From Mobula hypostoma (lineage: Eukaryota): a stretch of DNA of 64,000 bases. Shown one piece after another: positions 26,643 through 39,843 of this stretch. Location: assembly GCF_963921235.1 (NCBI RefSeq), contig NC_086108.1, positions 20,088,001 to 20,152,000 on the forward strand. The letters run 5' to 3'. Position numbers and translations under genes: made by a program. Positions within the stretch are counted from its first letter, which is position 1. Every line of letters begins with the position of its first letter. The notes beneath the pieces are model-generated. The model saw only the letters and a program-made list of their open reading frames with translations, had not been told where the DNA came from and did not search any database.

Positions 26643-26678
26643 AGTCCTGACGAAGGGTCTCGGCCTGAAACGTCGACT
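26643..26678 (+). ncRNA. Minimal type I hammerhead ribozyme motif, sense to the DARS2 pre-mRNA
   Basis: agtc-CTGACGA-agggtctcggcct-GAAACGTC-gact; canonical GUC triplet; palindromic ACGT stem III. Confidence 0.78.
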
Positions 26679-29600
26679 GTGCCTCTTCCTAGAGGTGCTG
26701 CCTGGCCTGCTGCGTTCACCAGCAACTTTGATGTGTGTTGCTTGAATTTCCAGCATCTGCAGAATTCCTGTTGTTCATGTATGAAGTAACTTAGGTTATA
26801 ATTATGCAAAGGTTTCAGTCCTTAAACTTATCCATCAAGCACTGAATACTTACTGCCAGTAGAGATGTTGGAATTTATTCAAGTGGAAATAATGAAACGC
26901 GGTTGTGATAAGTGGATATAGTTTTCTGAAACTGCAACTTAGAGTCCCAAGTGCTGGTTTGTTAACTGTCAAGATTAAGTAATGGAGGATGAAGAAGTAA
27001 ATGCCATAGTTCCTCTCGGAATGATCTCCACAAAAATGTGGTTTGTATCAGAATCCCAATAAATCTGAAGGATTGACAAAGTGAGAAGAGTTATGGAACA
27101 CTACAGCACAGAACCAGATCCTTCAGTCTATCTAGTCCAAGTCAAACTGTTATTCTAACCAGACCCATTGAGCTGCACCTGGACCAAAGCCCTTTATACC
27201 CCTCCCATCCATGTATTTGTCTAAACTTCTTTTAAATATTGCAGTCAAACCCACATCCACTACTTATGCTGGAAGTTTATTCCACACTTACACTATCCTC
27301 GGAGTGAAGAAGTTCCCCCTCTGGTTCCCCTTAAATATTACACCTTTTACCCTTAACCCACGACCTGGTCTCATCCAACCTCAGAAAAAGCCAAGATGCA
27401 TTTACCCTATCTATATCCCTCTTATGTATATACCTTTATCAAATCTCTCCTCATTCTCCTATGAGAAGTAAAGTGCTAACCTGTTCAACCATTTCCAATA
27501 ACACTTGGAGTCCCAGCAACATTTTTGAAAATTTTGTCTGCACTTTTTCAATCTTATTGCTAACTTTCCTGTAGGTAGATGACTAGTACTGTATATAATG
27601 CTCCTAAGTTCAGCGTCACCAGCACTCTTTACATATTCAGCATAACATCCCAATTCCTGTACTCAATACCCTGATTCATGAAGGCTAATGTGCCAAAAGA
27701 TTTCTGTATGATCCTATCTACTGTAATGCCACTTTCAAGGAATTATGGCTGTGTATTCCCAGATCCCTCTGTTCTGCCTCACTTTTCAGTGCCTTACCAT
27801 TCATTGTGTATGTCCTATCCTGGTTTAACCTCACAAAGTGCAGCACCTCACACTTGTCTACATTAAATTCCATCTGCCATTTTTCAGCTCCTCTTTCCAG
27901 CTGATCCTGATCCTGCAGCAAGCCTTGATAGTCTTCCTCACTGTCCGTTACACTCTCAATCTTGGTGTCATCTGCAAATTTGCTGATCCAGTTTTCCACA
28001 TTATCATCCAGGTCATTGATAAAGATATCAAAAACAACCCAGCACCGATTCCTGTGGCACACCAGTCCTCCAGTCAGAGACACAGCCTTCTACTGCACTT
28101 TGCCTTCACCTGCTAAACCATTGTTGAATTCATTATACTACGTCATTCTGAATACCAACTGACTGAAACTTCTTTACAGACCTGCCATGCAGTACTTTGT
28201 CAAAGGCCTTGCTAAAGTCCATGTTGACAACATTCACTGATGTTTCTTCATCAACTTCAGCAAACTTGAAGGCAAAATATAAGGCTAATAGCAGGATTCT
28301 TAACAGTTTGGAGGAACAGAGAGATCTTGGGGTGCATGTCTATAGATCCCTCAAAGTTGCAGTGCAAGTTAATAGGGTGTTTAAGAAGGCGTATGGTATA
28401 TTGGCCTTCATTAGTCAGGGAATTAAGTTCAAGAGCTGCAGGGTAATGATGCAGCTCTATAAAACTCTGGTTAGACCACACTTGGAGTATTGCGTTCAGT
28501 TAGGGTCTGGATGTGGAAGCATGAGAGAGAATGCAGAGGTGATTTACCAGGATGCTTCTGAATTGCAGAGCATGTCTTATGAGGATATGTTGATTGAGCT
28601 AAGGCTTTCTTCTTTTGAGAGGAGAAATATGAGAGGTGACTGGATAGAGGTGTACAAAATTATAAGAGACATAGAGACAACCACAAACCTTCTTTCCCCA
28701 GTATGAAAATAGCTAAAATGAGGGGGCATAACTTTAAGGTGTTTGAAGGAAAGTATGTGGAGGGATGTCAGAGGAATTTTTTTTACACAGTGTATTGGTA
28801 GTTGCATAGAATGCACTGCCATGGTTGGTGGTAAAGGCAGATACATTGAAAAATACTGTGCTATATTGTTTTATGTTTTATAACCTTCCTGTTAACCACC
28901 TCAAAAAAACTATGAGATTGGTTATATTTGACCTACCACGCAAAAGCCATGTTGACTATCCTTAATCAGACTCTGTCTGTTGGATATATAACTTGTGTGT
29001 ATATATATCCTGTCTCTTAGAATACCTTTCAATAACTTACCCAGTACTGATGTCAGGCTCACCAGCCTATAATTTCCCGGTTTATTCTTAGAGCCTTTCT
29101 TAAAGACAACATTAGCTATCCTCCAGTCCTCTAGCCCCTCATCCAGGACACTTTACATGCCTTTGCCAGAGGCCCCGCAATTTCTGCACTAGCCTCCCAC
29201 AAGGTCCAGGGGAACACCTTGTCAGGCCCTACGGATTTATCCACCCTATTTTTCTCAAGACGGAAAGCATTTCCTCTTCTGTAATGCGGACATGGTCCTC
29301 GACCTGTCAGCTGTTTTGTCTTAGTTCTATAGACTGTGTCCATCACCCAAGTAAATACAGATGCAAAAAATCCATTTAAAATCTCCCCCATCTCTTTTGG
29401 CTTCATGAATGGATGAGCATGCTGATTTTCCAGAGGACCAATCTTGTCCCTTGCTATCCTTTTGCTCTTAATATATTTGTTGAGGACCTTAGGTTTCTCT
29501 TTCACCTTGTCTGCCAAAGCAACCTCATGCTGACTTTTAGCCTTCTTGATTTCCTTCTTAAGTGTTCTCTTGTATTTCGTATGCTCCTTAAGTACCTCAT

Positions 29601-30872
29601 TTGTTCCTTGCTGCTTATACCTGCGCTGCACCTTCTCGACAAGGGTCTTAATACCTCTTGGAAACCAAGGTTCCTTAAACCTGTTATCCTTGACACTTAT
29701 CCTAAAGGAACATACAAACTTTGTCATCTCAAACTTTCACTTCTGAAGGCCCCCCACTTACCAAGCATCACTTTGCCAGAAAGCGACCTATCCAATCCAC
29801 ACCAGGCAAATATTTTCTGATACCATCAAAATTGGCCTGAATCCAATTTAGAATCTCAACCCAAGGACCAGTCATATCCTTCTCCATAATTACCTGAAAC
29901 TAATGGGATTATGATCACTAAATCCAAAGTGATCCTCTATACACGCTTCTATTACCTGCCCAGTGTCATTTCCTATTAGAAGATCCAGCGTCACAATCTC
30001 TCTATTTAGGACTTCCTTATATTGACTATATTGATAAGCAAACTTTTCTTAACACCCTTGACAAAGTCTATCCCATCCAGTCATTTTACAGTATGGGAGT
30101 CCCAGTCAATATGTGGAAGGTTAAAATCACCTATGACAACAACTTTATTTTTCTCTTAACTGTCTGCTATCTCTCTTCAAATTTGCTGCTCTAGATCATA
30201 CTGACTATTGGATGGTTTATAATATAACCCTATCAACGTGGTCATCCCTTTCTTATTCCTTAGTTCCACCCATATGAATGACTTAAGTAGACGAGCTCTC
30301 CAGTCTGTCCTGTGTGAGCAATGCCATGACACTTTCTCTGACTAGTAATGCTATCTTTCCCCCTTTAATCCCCCTGCGCTATCATGTCTAAAACAATGAA
30401 ACCCTGGAACTTTGAGGTGTCAGTCCTGCCCCACCTGTAACCAAGCCCCACTTATGGATACGATGCCCTACCTACAACACTTGCTTTGAAATAGATGCAA
30501 CTCAAAATGTTAGTACCATCATTCTCAACCTTTCATTTCCTGTCGTCTTATGTACGCCAAACACCTTACCCTACAACCACACTGTTAGCTGTTCTGGCAA
30601 TCTGGTTCCCATCCCCCTTCCCTTCTGAGTCATAGAACCAGACTCAGTGCCAGAGAGCTGTGAGCTTTGTTAAGTCAGCACCTCCCCCCGCCCCCCCAAA
30701 CAATAGTATCCAAAACAATATACTTGTTATTGAGAGGAACTGCTGCAGAGGTACCCTGCAATGGCTACCTATCCCTTTCTCTCTCCTGTGTCCTGCACCT
30801 TAAGTATAACTGCCTCCCTGTTTCTTCTGTCAGCACCTCAACCTCCTGAAGATCTCGAGTTCAAGATCTAGA

Positions 30873-32370
30873 GTTTAAGAAAGGAGGGAGGCAGCAAAAA
30901 GAAAATTACAGACCTATTAGTCTGACCTCGGTAGTTGGAAAGTTATTGGAGTCGATCTTCAAGGACAAGGTTATGAAATACCTCGAGGTGCATGACAAGA
31001 TAGGCCCAAGCCAGCATGGTTTCATAAAGGGAAGATCCTGCCTCACCAACCTATTGGAATTTTTTGAGGTAATCTCAAATAAGATTGACAAGGGAGAGGC
31101 TGTGGATGTTGTGTATTTGGATTTTCAAAAGGCCTTCGATAAGGTGCCGCATAAGAGGCTGCTTAATAAGATAAGAGCCCATGGAATTATAGGAAAGATA
31201 TTGGAATGGGTGGAGCATTGGCTGATAGGCAGAAAGCAAAGGGTGGGAATAAAGGGATCCTATTCTGATTGGCTGCCGGTTACTAGTGGTGTTCCGCAGG
31301 GGTCTGTGTTGGGGCCGCTTCTTTTTACAATGTATATTGATGATTTAGATTATGGATTAAATGGTTTTGTGGCTAAGTTTGCGGATGACACCAAGATAGG
31401 TGAAGGAGCAGGAAGTGTTGAAGAAACGGAAAGGTTGCCAGTTTAGGAGAGTGGGCAAAGAAATAGCAAAAGAGATACAATGTTGAGAAACGTATGGTTG
31501 TACATTTTGAAGGAAGGAATAATCGGGCAGATCATTATTTAGATGGGGAGAAAATTCAAAAATCGGAAGTGCAAAGGGACTTGGGGGGTCCTCGTGCAGG
31601 ATACCCTAAAGGTTAACCACCAGGTTGGATTGGCAGTAAGGAAAGCGAATGCTATGTTGGCATTCATTTCAAGAGGAATAGCGTATAAGAGTAAAGAGGT
31701 GTTGATGAGCCTCTATGGGGCACTGGTGAGACCTCATTTGGAATACTGTGTGCAGTTTGGGCACCCTGTCTTAGAAGGGATGTACTGATGTTGGAGAGAG
31801 TTCAGAGAAGATTTACGAGGATGATTCCTGGAATGCAGGGGCTAACATATGAGAAGCGTTTGTCGGCTCTTGGACAGTATTCATTAGAGTATAGAAGAAT
31901 GAGAGGGGGTCTCATAGAAACATTTTGAATGTTGAAAGGGTTGGACAGAGTAGATGTGGAAAGGCTGTTTTCCTTGGTGGGTGAGTCCAGGATAAGAGAC
32001 CAGTCTTAGAATTAGATGGTGTCCATTTAAATTATTGTATCATTTTTTAATGCATGCATTTCTAAATGACAATAAACGAGGACTGAGTGTCCTCGTAATC
32101 TAATCATAATCTAACCTAAAACAGAGATGAGAAATTTTTTTAGCCAGAGGGTCATGGATCTATGGAATTTGTTGCCACGTACAGCTGTGGAGGCCCGATC
32201 ATTGAGGGTATTTAAGGAGGAGATTGATAGGTATCTAATTAGTCAGGGTATCAAGGGATATGGGGAAAAAGCCGGAAATTGGAACTGGATGGGAGAATAG
32301 TATAGCTCATGGTGGAGTGGTGGAGCAGACTCGATGAGCCGAATGGCCTACTTCTGCTCCTTTGTCTTGT
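30873..32370 (+). mobile_element. CR1 LINE 3' fragment
   Basis: [40 protein letters not shown]. Confidence 0.92.
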
Positions 32371-32559
32371 GAATTTCTTTCGTCCAGCAGCAGCTGGATG
32401 CACTTCTTGAAGGTGTAGTCATCAGGGACACTGGATGTCACCCTGCTTTCTCACATCCCACAAGCGGAGTGTTGACTGTCCTGACTGTCATTCCCATTAC
32501 TCTTTAACTGTACAATAAGAAAGAAACAAACAAATAAATGTACCAGAAACTTGCAATAC

Positions 32560-33109
32560 TGTTATATTGTGGATGAAATTACCGGAGAGACAGAGTCACT
32601 GGTAGATACAAAGCAGCTTCTTTATTCGACACAACAAGGTACAACAGGCATCTCGAGACGCTTTCCGCAGAAAGGTCTGCTAGCTAAATGTGGGCTCGAT
32701 ATTTATATGCTAAACACAAAGGCAATCGCTACTTAAAAAGTTACAGACAATGCATAGACAATGCTTCCTTTTGAAGTTACATACAAACATCACACCTTCG
32801 GATTTCATCCTTTCCTTCTAACGCCAACATGTCTGGGTTGGTATCCACAGCCTTTAGTTCAATCCACAATACATTTATTTGGCATTTTACGTGCTAACAT
32901 AGAAGACAATTAATATTTATAATGTATAATACTGTCTTCGAAACTACAGCATCAGGCACCAGAAGCTTCTGGTATTTACACCTTTTAGGAAGCCCATTGT
33001 GGTGGACTCAATCCACAGTCCTTTGTCAAACAGTTAAAATAGAAGTCTGGTGGCCAAAGTCATTTAAGTGTTAACAAATCATCTACCCAAAAAGAAATCC
33101 ACTCTAACA
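32560..33109 (-). mobile_element. Solo LTR (550 bp)
   Basis: TGTTA...TAACA termini; perfect 4-bp TSD atac (32556-32559, 33110-33113); minus-strand TATA and AATAAA. Confidence 0.8.
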
Positions 33110-33849
33110 ATACCTCAGCCTCGGCCACTTCTCTCAGAAGCCTCTTGAGTCAAAGCCTCAGCTCCCCACTCTAACACTGGCCCACTCACACTATGGCCGA
33201 TCCCACCATACCTCCTCCACTTAAACCTTACTTTTTTTTGGCCTTTTCGAAGTGCCTAATTACCCAGTGATCTCAAGCTCCACTGAAAGTCCTGATAGGT
33301 CCCACTCACTTTTCAAATCGCAAGTTCTCTCACCACAATCAGCAGCTCGTGTAATCTCTCAAGCTCCACAAAAAGATTGTGTTCTGTGGCTGGGGACTCC
33401 ATAATTAAAGGGCACAATGTCATGATCAGGGTCAACCACTTAAGACCAAGAATAATAAGAAAATTTCTTGTAAAGTTGTGACTCTTTGACATTTTCAGAA
33501 TGAACTTGTTGAGTTATCAAATGTATTCAAGGTAATTATTGCTTTGAGTTTGGACACTAATAACAATCATAGAAGGTGGAGAAGGTTGAGCATGAAAGTG
33601 GACATAATTTATGAATTGATCTTTTCAGATTGTTGATGTGGTTTTGAAACTAAGCCAAAAGTGGTAATGAGGGAGGGAAAAGTTATATAACTAAAATAAT
33701 ATTTTGGGTAAGTATAAGCAGAGCAAGAAGTAACATTTGAATACTAATAATGCACAACTAAACAAAATCAAATCATTGAAAACACGGTAAAGGTAAAGTT
33801 CATAAAGCATTCATGAATGAATGACAAAATAACAAAATAGATTCAAACA

Positions 33850-36722
33850 TATACCCCAGGCTACTGTGGGAGGCGAGGGAAGAGATTGCTGAGCCTCTGG
33901 CAGTGATCTTTGAGAGGTTCTGGAGGGTTGGAGGGTTGCGGATGTTGTTCCCTTATTCAAGAAAGGGAGTAGAAATAGCCCAGGAAATTATAGACCAGTG
34001 AGTCTTACTTCAGTGGTTGGTAAGTTGATGGAAGAGATCCTGAGAGGCAGAGTTTATGAACATTTGGAGAGGCATAATATGATTAGGAATAGTCAACATG
34101 GCTTTACGAGCCTGATTGAATTTTTTGAGGATGTGACTAAACACATTGATGAAGGTAGAGCAGTAGATGTAGTGTATATGGATTTCAGCAAGGTATTTGA
34201 TATGGTACACCATGCAAAGCTTATTGAGAAAGTAAGGAGGCATGGGATCCAAGGGGACATTTTGCTTTGTGGATCCAGAACTGGCTTGCACACAGAAGGC
34301 AAAGAGTGGTTGTAGATGGGCCCGTGTTGGGACTGCTTCTTTTTACATTGTACATCAACAATTTGGATTATGGAATAGATGGCTTTGTGGCTAAGTTTGC
34401 TGACGATACGAAGATAGGTGGAGGGGCCGGTAGTGCTGAGGGAACAGAGAGTCTGCAGAGAGACTTGGATAGATTGGAAGAATGGGCAAAGAAGTGGCAA
34501 ATGAAATACAGTGTTGGAAAGTGTATGGTTATGCACTTTGGCAGAAGAAATAAACGGGTAGACTATTATTTAAATGGGGAAAGAATTCAAAGTTCTGAGA
34601 TGCAACGGGACTTGGGAGTCCTTGTATAGGATGCCCTTAAGGTTAACCTCCAGGCTGAGTCGGTGGTGAAGAAGACGAATGCAATGTTGGCATTCATTTC
34701 TAGAAGAATAGAGTATAGGAGCAGAGGTGTGATGTTGAGGCTCTATAAGGCGCTGGTGAGACCTCACTTGGAGTACTGTGGGCAGTTTTGATCTCCATAT
34801 TTAAGAAAGGATGTGCTGACGTTGGAGAGGGTACAAGAGAAGATTCACTAGAATGATACTGGGAATGAAAGGGTTAACATATGAGGAACGTTTGTCCGCT
34901 CTTGGGCTGTATTCCTTGGAGTTTAGAAGAATGAGGGAAGACCTCATAGAAACATTTCGAATGTTGAAAGGCATGGACAGAGTGGATGTGGCAAAGTTGT
35001 TTCCCATGATGGGGGAGTCTAGTACAGGAGGGCATGACTTAAGGATTGAAGGGCGCAAATTCAGAACAGAAATGCGAAGAAATTTTTTTAGTCAGTGGGT
35101 GGCAAATCTATGGAATTTGTTGCCACGGGCAGCAGTGGAGGCCAAGTCACTGGGTGTATTTAAGGCAGAGATTGATAGGTATCTGAGTAGCCAGGGCATC
35201 AAAGGTTATGGTGAGAAGGCGGGGGAGTGGGACTAAATGGGAGAATGGATCAGCTCATGATAAAATGGCAGAGCAGAATTGATGGGCCAAATGGCCAACT
35301 TCTGCTCCTTTGTCTTATGGTCTTATGGGTCATATTCTGCATGGAGGCCGGTGACCAGTGGTGTGCCTCTGTGATCAGTTCTGGGACCCTTTCTCTTCGT
35401 GATGTTTATAAATGACCCGGATGAGGGATAGGTTAGTAAATTTGCTGATGACACAAAGGCTGGGAGTGTTGTGGATAGTGTGGAGGGCTGTCAGAGGTTA
35501 CAGCGGGACATCAATGGGATGCAAAACTGGGCTGCAAAGTGGCAGATGGAGATCAACCCAGGTAAGTGTGAAGGTGTTCATTTTGGTAGGTCAAATATGA
35601 TGGCAGAATATAGTATTAATGGTAAGACTCTGGGCCATGTGGAGGATCAGAGGGATCTTGGGGTCCAAGTCATAGATAGATATACTTTATTGATCCCGAG
35701 GGAAATTGGGTTTCGTTACAGCCGCACCAACCAAGAATAGAGCATAAATATAGCAATACAAAAACTACAAACAATCAAACAACAATATGCAAACTATGCC
35801 AGATGGAAATAAGTCCAGGACCAGCCTATTGGCTCAGGGTGTCTGACCCTCCACGGGAGGAGCTGCAAAGTTCGATGGCCACAGGCAGGAACAACCTCCC
35901 GTGATGCCCAGTGTTGTATCTCGGTGGAATATGGCCGGAGTCCAACAGCAAAAAGTTCATTATCCGGTCTACAAACTCGTTCCTCAATCGTAATATGACC
36001 AGGATTGCACCATCCGTTGTTAACCAGAACAGCAAGCCCCCAACTCCTTTACGCTTACCGCTCTCTGTGCACTTCCAGGACATAGGACACTCAAAGCTGC
36101 TGCACAGGTTGACTCTGTGATCAAGAAGGCGTACGGTGTATTGGCCTTCATCAACCCTTGGATTAAGTTCAAGAGCCAAGAGATAATGTTACAGCTTTAT
36201 AGGACCCTGGTCAGACCCCACTCAGAGTACTGTGCTCAGTTCTGGTCACCTCACTACAGGAAGGATGTGGAGACTATAGAAAGGATACAGAAGGATGTTG
36301 CCTGGATTGGGGAGCATGCGTTATGAGAATAGGTTGAATGAACTTGGCCTTTTCTCCTTGGAGAGACGGAGGATGAGAAGTGACTTGATAGAGGTGTATG
36401 AGATGATGAGGGGCATTGATCGTGTGGATGGTCAGGAGCTTTTTCCCCAGGGCTGGGGTGGCTGACACGAGGGGGCATGGTTTTGGAGTGCTTGGGGGTG
36501 GATGCAGGGGGAAGGTCAGGGGTGTGTTTTTTGCGTGGAGAGTGGTGGGCTGCCGGCAGCGGTGGTGGAGGCGGATGCAGTGGGGTCTTTTGGGAGACTC
36601 TTGAATGGGTACATGGGGCTTGGGAAAATAGAGGGCTAGGTAATTTCTAGGGTAGGTACATGTTCGGCATGGCATTATAGGCCAGAAGGCCTGTATTATG
36701 CTGTTGCTTTTCTATGATTCTA
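33850..36722 (+). mobile_element. CR1 LINE 3' fragment hosting a second CR1 (34321-35324) and a Rex1-like tail (35673-36085, -)
   Basis: RT motifs YMDFSKVFD, KFADDTK; nested-copy TSD atggg (34316-34320, 35325-35329). Confidence 0.88.
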
Positions 36723-36989
36723 TATCTTTCAAGGATCTGGTTGCCAAGTGATTAAGATTTTGGAATTAAATATTATGCTGAATCTGACAAAGTACTTTTT
36801 TTAATAAAAAAGGACTGAGTGTAACCCTGATAATAAATGATGGCATGGAGTGAAACATAACTGTGGCCCTGGAAAACAGGTGTACAATCATAAGAGAAAA
36901 CAAACCGTGATGCTACCGGTAACACAATTGGAAAGACTGAAAACAATTGCATCTTGGACTGAAGATTAGATGGTTATTAGAGAGTCGAA

Positions 36990-38900
36990 TGGACATATTT
37001 ATTTAATATACTTGAGAAATTTAATTTTAGTCTGATATTTATATCTTGGATTAAATCCTTATCCCTTCGGCTTCGGTATTTACCAGTAATCAAAGATCTC
37101 CCTTTTTTCATTTGTTTCATGGCACTAGGCAGGGCTGTCTTCTTAGCCATTATTATTCAATATTGCCTTGGAACCTTTAGCTATTACTATTCGTGACTCA
37201 CCTAATATACTTGGCATTACCTGTGGGAATGAGATACACAAGTTATCGCTATATGCAGATGACTTATTGCTATATATCTCTCTAACCCTGAGAAATCCAT
37301 TCCGGCAGTAATATCCCTGCTTGCTCAATTTAGTAACTTTTCTGGCTACAAATTGAATCTTAGTAAGAGTGAACTCTTCCCATTAAATATGCAGGTTCCA
37401 ATTTATAGACTTTCACCATTCAGATTGGTTACTGACTATTTTACTTATCTGGGTGTTAAAATTACTAAGAAGCATAAGGATTTATTTAAGCTCAGATTTT
37501 TACCGTTAATCAGGTTAAACAATTGTTTACTAAATGATCCCCATTGTCTTTATCACTGATTGGCCAAATCAATGCTATTAAGACCATAAGACAAAGGAAC
37601 AAAAGTTGGCTATTCGGCCCATCGAGTTTGCTCCACCATTTTATCATGAGCTGATCCATTCTCCCATTTAGTCCCACTCCCCCACCTTCTCACCATAACC
37701 TTTGATGCCCTGGCTACTCAGATACCAATCAATTTCTTCCTTATATACACCCAATGACTTGACCTCCACTGCTGCCTGTGGCAACAAATTCCATAGATTC
37801 ACCACCCACTGACTAAAAAAATTTCTTCGCATCTCTGTTCTGAATGAGTGCCTTTCAATCCTTAAGTCATGCCCTCTCGTACTAGACTCCCCCTCCATGG
37901 GAAACAACTTTGCCACATCTACTCTGTCCATGCCTTTCAACATTCGAAATGTTTCTATGAGGTCTCCCCTCATTCTTCTAAACTCCAAGGAGTACAGTCC
38001 GAGAGCGGTCAAACGTTCCTCATATGTTAACCCTCTCATTCCCTCTCATTAAGATGATTATTCTACCTAAATTTTTATATCTATTTCAAACGGTATCAAT
38101 TTTTATTTCTAAATCCTTTTTTGATACTGTTGATTCTAAAATTTCCTCATATGTTTATATATATGGCAGAATAAAAATCCTAGACCAAGTAAAAAATATT
38201 TACAGAAGTCCAAAAAGGACCGTGGTTTGGCATTGCTGAATTTAAGATTTTTTACTGGGCAATTAATATTCAACGCAAGATTTGGATATAATTCCAAGTC
38301 CACGATGGGTAAACCTTGAATGTAATTCTGTACAAGGGTTCTCATTGGTTTCTATTTTAGGGACTTCGCTTCCCATTGTTCTCTCTAAATTGAATAAACA
38401 AATGATTAACCCAATAATTAAATACACATTACAAATATGGTTTCAATTTTGTAAATTTTTTGGTTTGAACAAATTTATTTTATCAAGCCCTGTTATATCT
38501 AATCTTTTTTTCAACCCTCTGTTATGGATCAAGCCTTTTTGATATGGAAAATGAAGGGTATAATGTGTTTTCGTGATTTATTCTTGGATAACTGTTCCAT
38601 GTCTTTCAAACAGTTGTCTAATAAATATAATTTGCCCAGATCCCATTTTTTTTAGATATTTACAAATTAGAAACTTTTTAAATACTACGCTACCTACCTT
38701 TCCGACTTCATATCCAAGTGATATCACAGAAAAAAATTTAGGTTTAAATCCTTATCAGAAGGGTTTAACAGCAATTATTTATGATATCATTATGAAAATA
38801 CAGCCGGATATATCTGATAAAATTAAGAATGAATGGGAAAGGGAACTTCAACTTCACTTATCTATAGAGAAATGGGAGAAAATTTTTCAATTAGATAGTT
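36990..38900 (+). mobile_element. Decayed L1-clade LINE ORF2 fragment, interrupted by a CR1 3' end (37579-38046, -)
   Basis: HGTRQGC, LFNIALEPLA, KLSLYADDLLLY, LPKFLYLFQ, FFRYLQIRNF. Confidence 0.85.
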
Positions 38901-39843
38901 ATCATGTGTGATTTTAATAATCAAATTGACTTGGCAATCAAATTCACATTTGTAGTTTGGGTATGTGTTGTCATGAGCAGAGTGCTACAAAGATCAGTAT
39001 TGGACCTTCAACAACTCAGAATTTCTATTATTGTCTTTCATCCAAGTTTGTTGGAAAGAGGGAATTAGAGTGATTAAAAATTGTAAAGCAGTGAGACAAC
39101 TAAAAATGCTGTACAAAAAGATGTTGGTGTTCTACTAATGAAATGTAGAGAAACAATCATACAAGTCCAACAGGGAACTAGGAAGGCAGTATGCTGGTGT
39201 TTATTTTGAAGGGTTCTGAGAACATAAGATAAGGAAGTCTTGCTGTGAGATGATATTGAGTTTTGCTTTGATTGCAAGTGGGAGTGTGTGAAGTTTACAT
39301 CAGAAGATGGATATTGCTGTGGGACCAGTAGAACATTGTCAAAATAGATTGATTCAGGATTGAAAAATTAAGATTAGTGTATATTAGTGAAATTTAGGAG
39401 AATGAAGGGAGATCTCATTAAGATTCATAGAAAAAATAACGGAGTTGATGCCAAAAGGTAGTTTAGAGAGTTAAGAATAGGTTTCAGATTAAGTGGTCAA
39501 TCATTTAGGACAAAGATATTTCTGTACAAGAGGCTTGTAAACATTTGAACTTCTCTGACAACTGTAGACACTCAGTTATTGGTTTTATTTGATATACTGA
39601 TAGGCTTTTAGATAGGAAATGAAGGACTATAGAAATCAGACAAAAAACTGCTGGAGGTACAGAATCATCCAAGAATCTATTCAAACCTGCTCTGTAAACA
39701 GTTCTTGCTTTCTTAAAAGCAATACCTGTTCTGCTTCAATAATTTAACCAACTTTTCCATATCCCTTTGAATTTAGTTAATGCATAAAGGTTACTATGTC
39801 AAACATCCTTGAAAATATGAGACGCAGGACTTCAACCTTAGTA

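Larger units (their letters stand above)
26508..26775. mobile_element. Non-coding palindromic Penelope-derived insertion
   Basis: Arms 26505-26620 and 26624-26739 with a 3-nt loop; TSD catgtatgaagtaac at 26493-26507 and 26776-26790 (terminal aac shared with the arm). Confidence 0.93.
27085..33350 (-). mobile_element. Decayed near full-length CR1, interrupted by nested CR1 pieces (28255-28880 +, 30873-32370 +) and a solo LTR
   Basis: Minus-strand RT ([10 protein letters not shown]), tether region (29131-29727), ORF1/5'UTR remnants at 32373-33350 similar to 900-1150; boundaries approximate. Confidence 0.75.
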
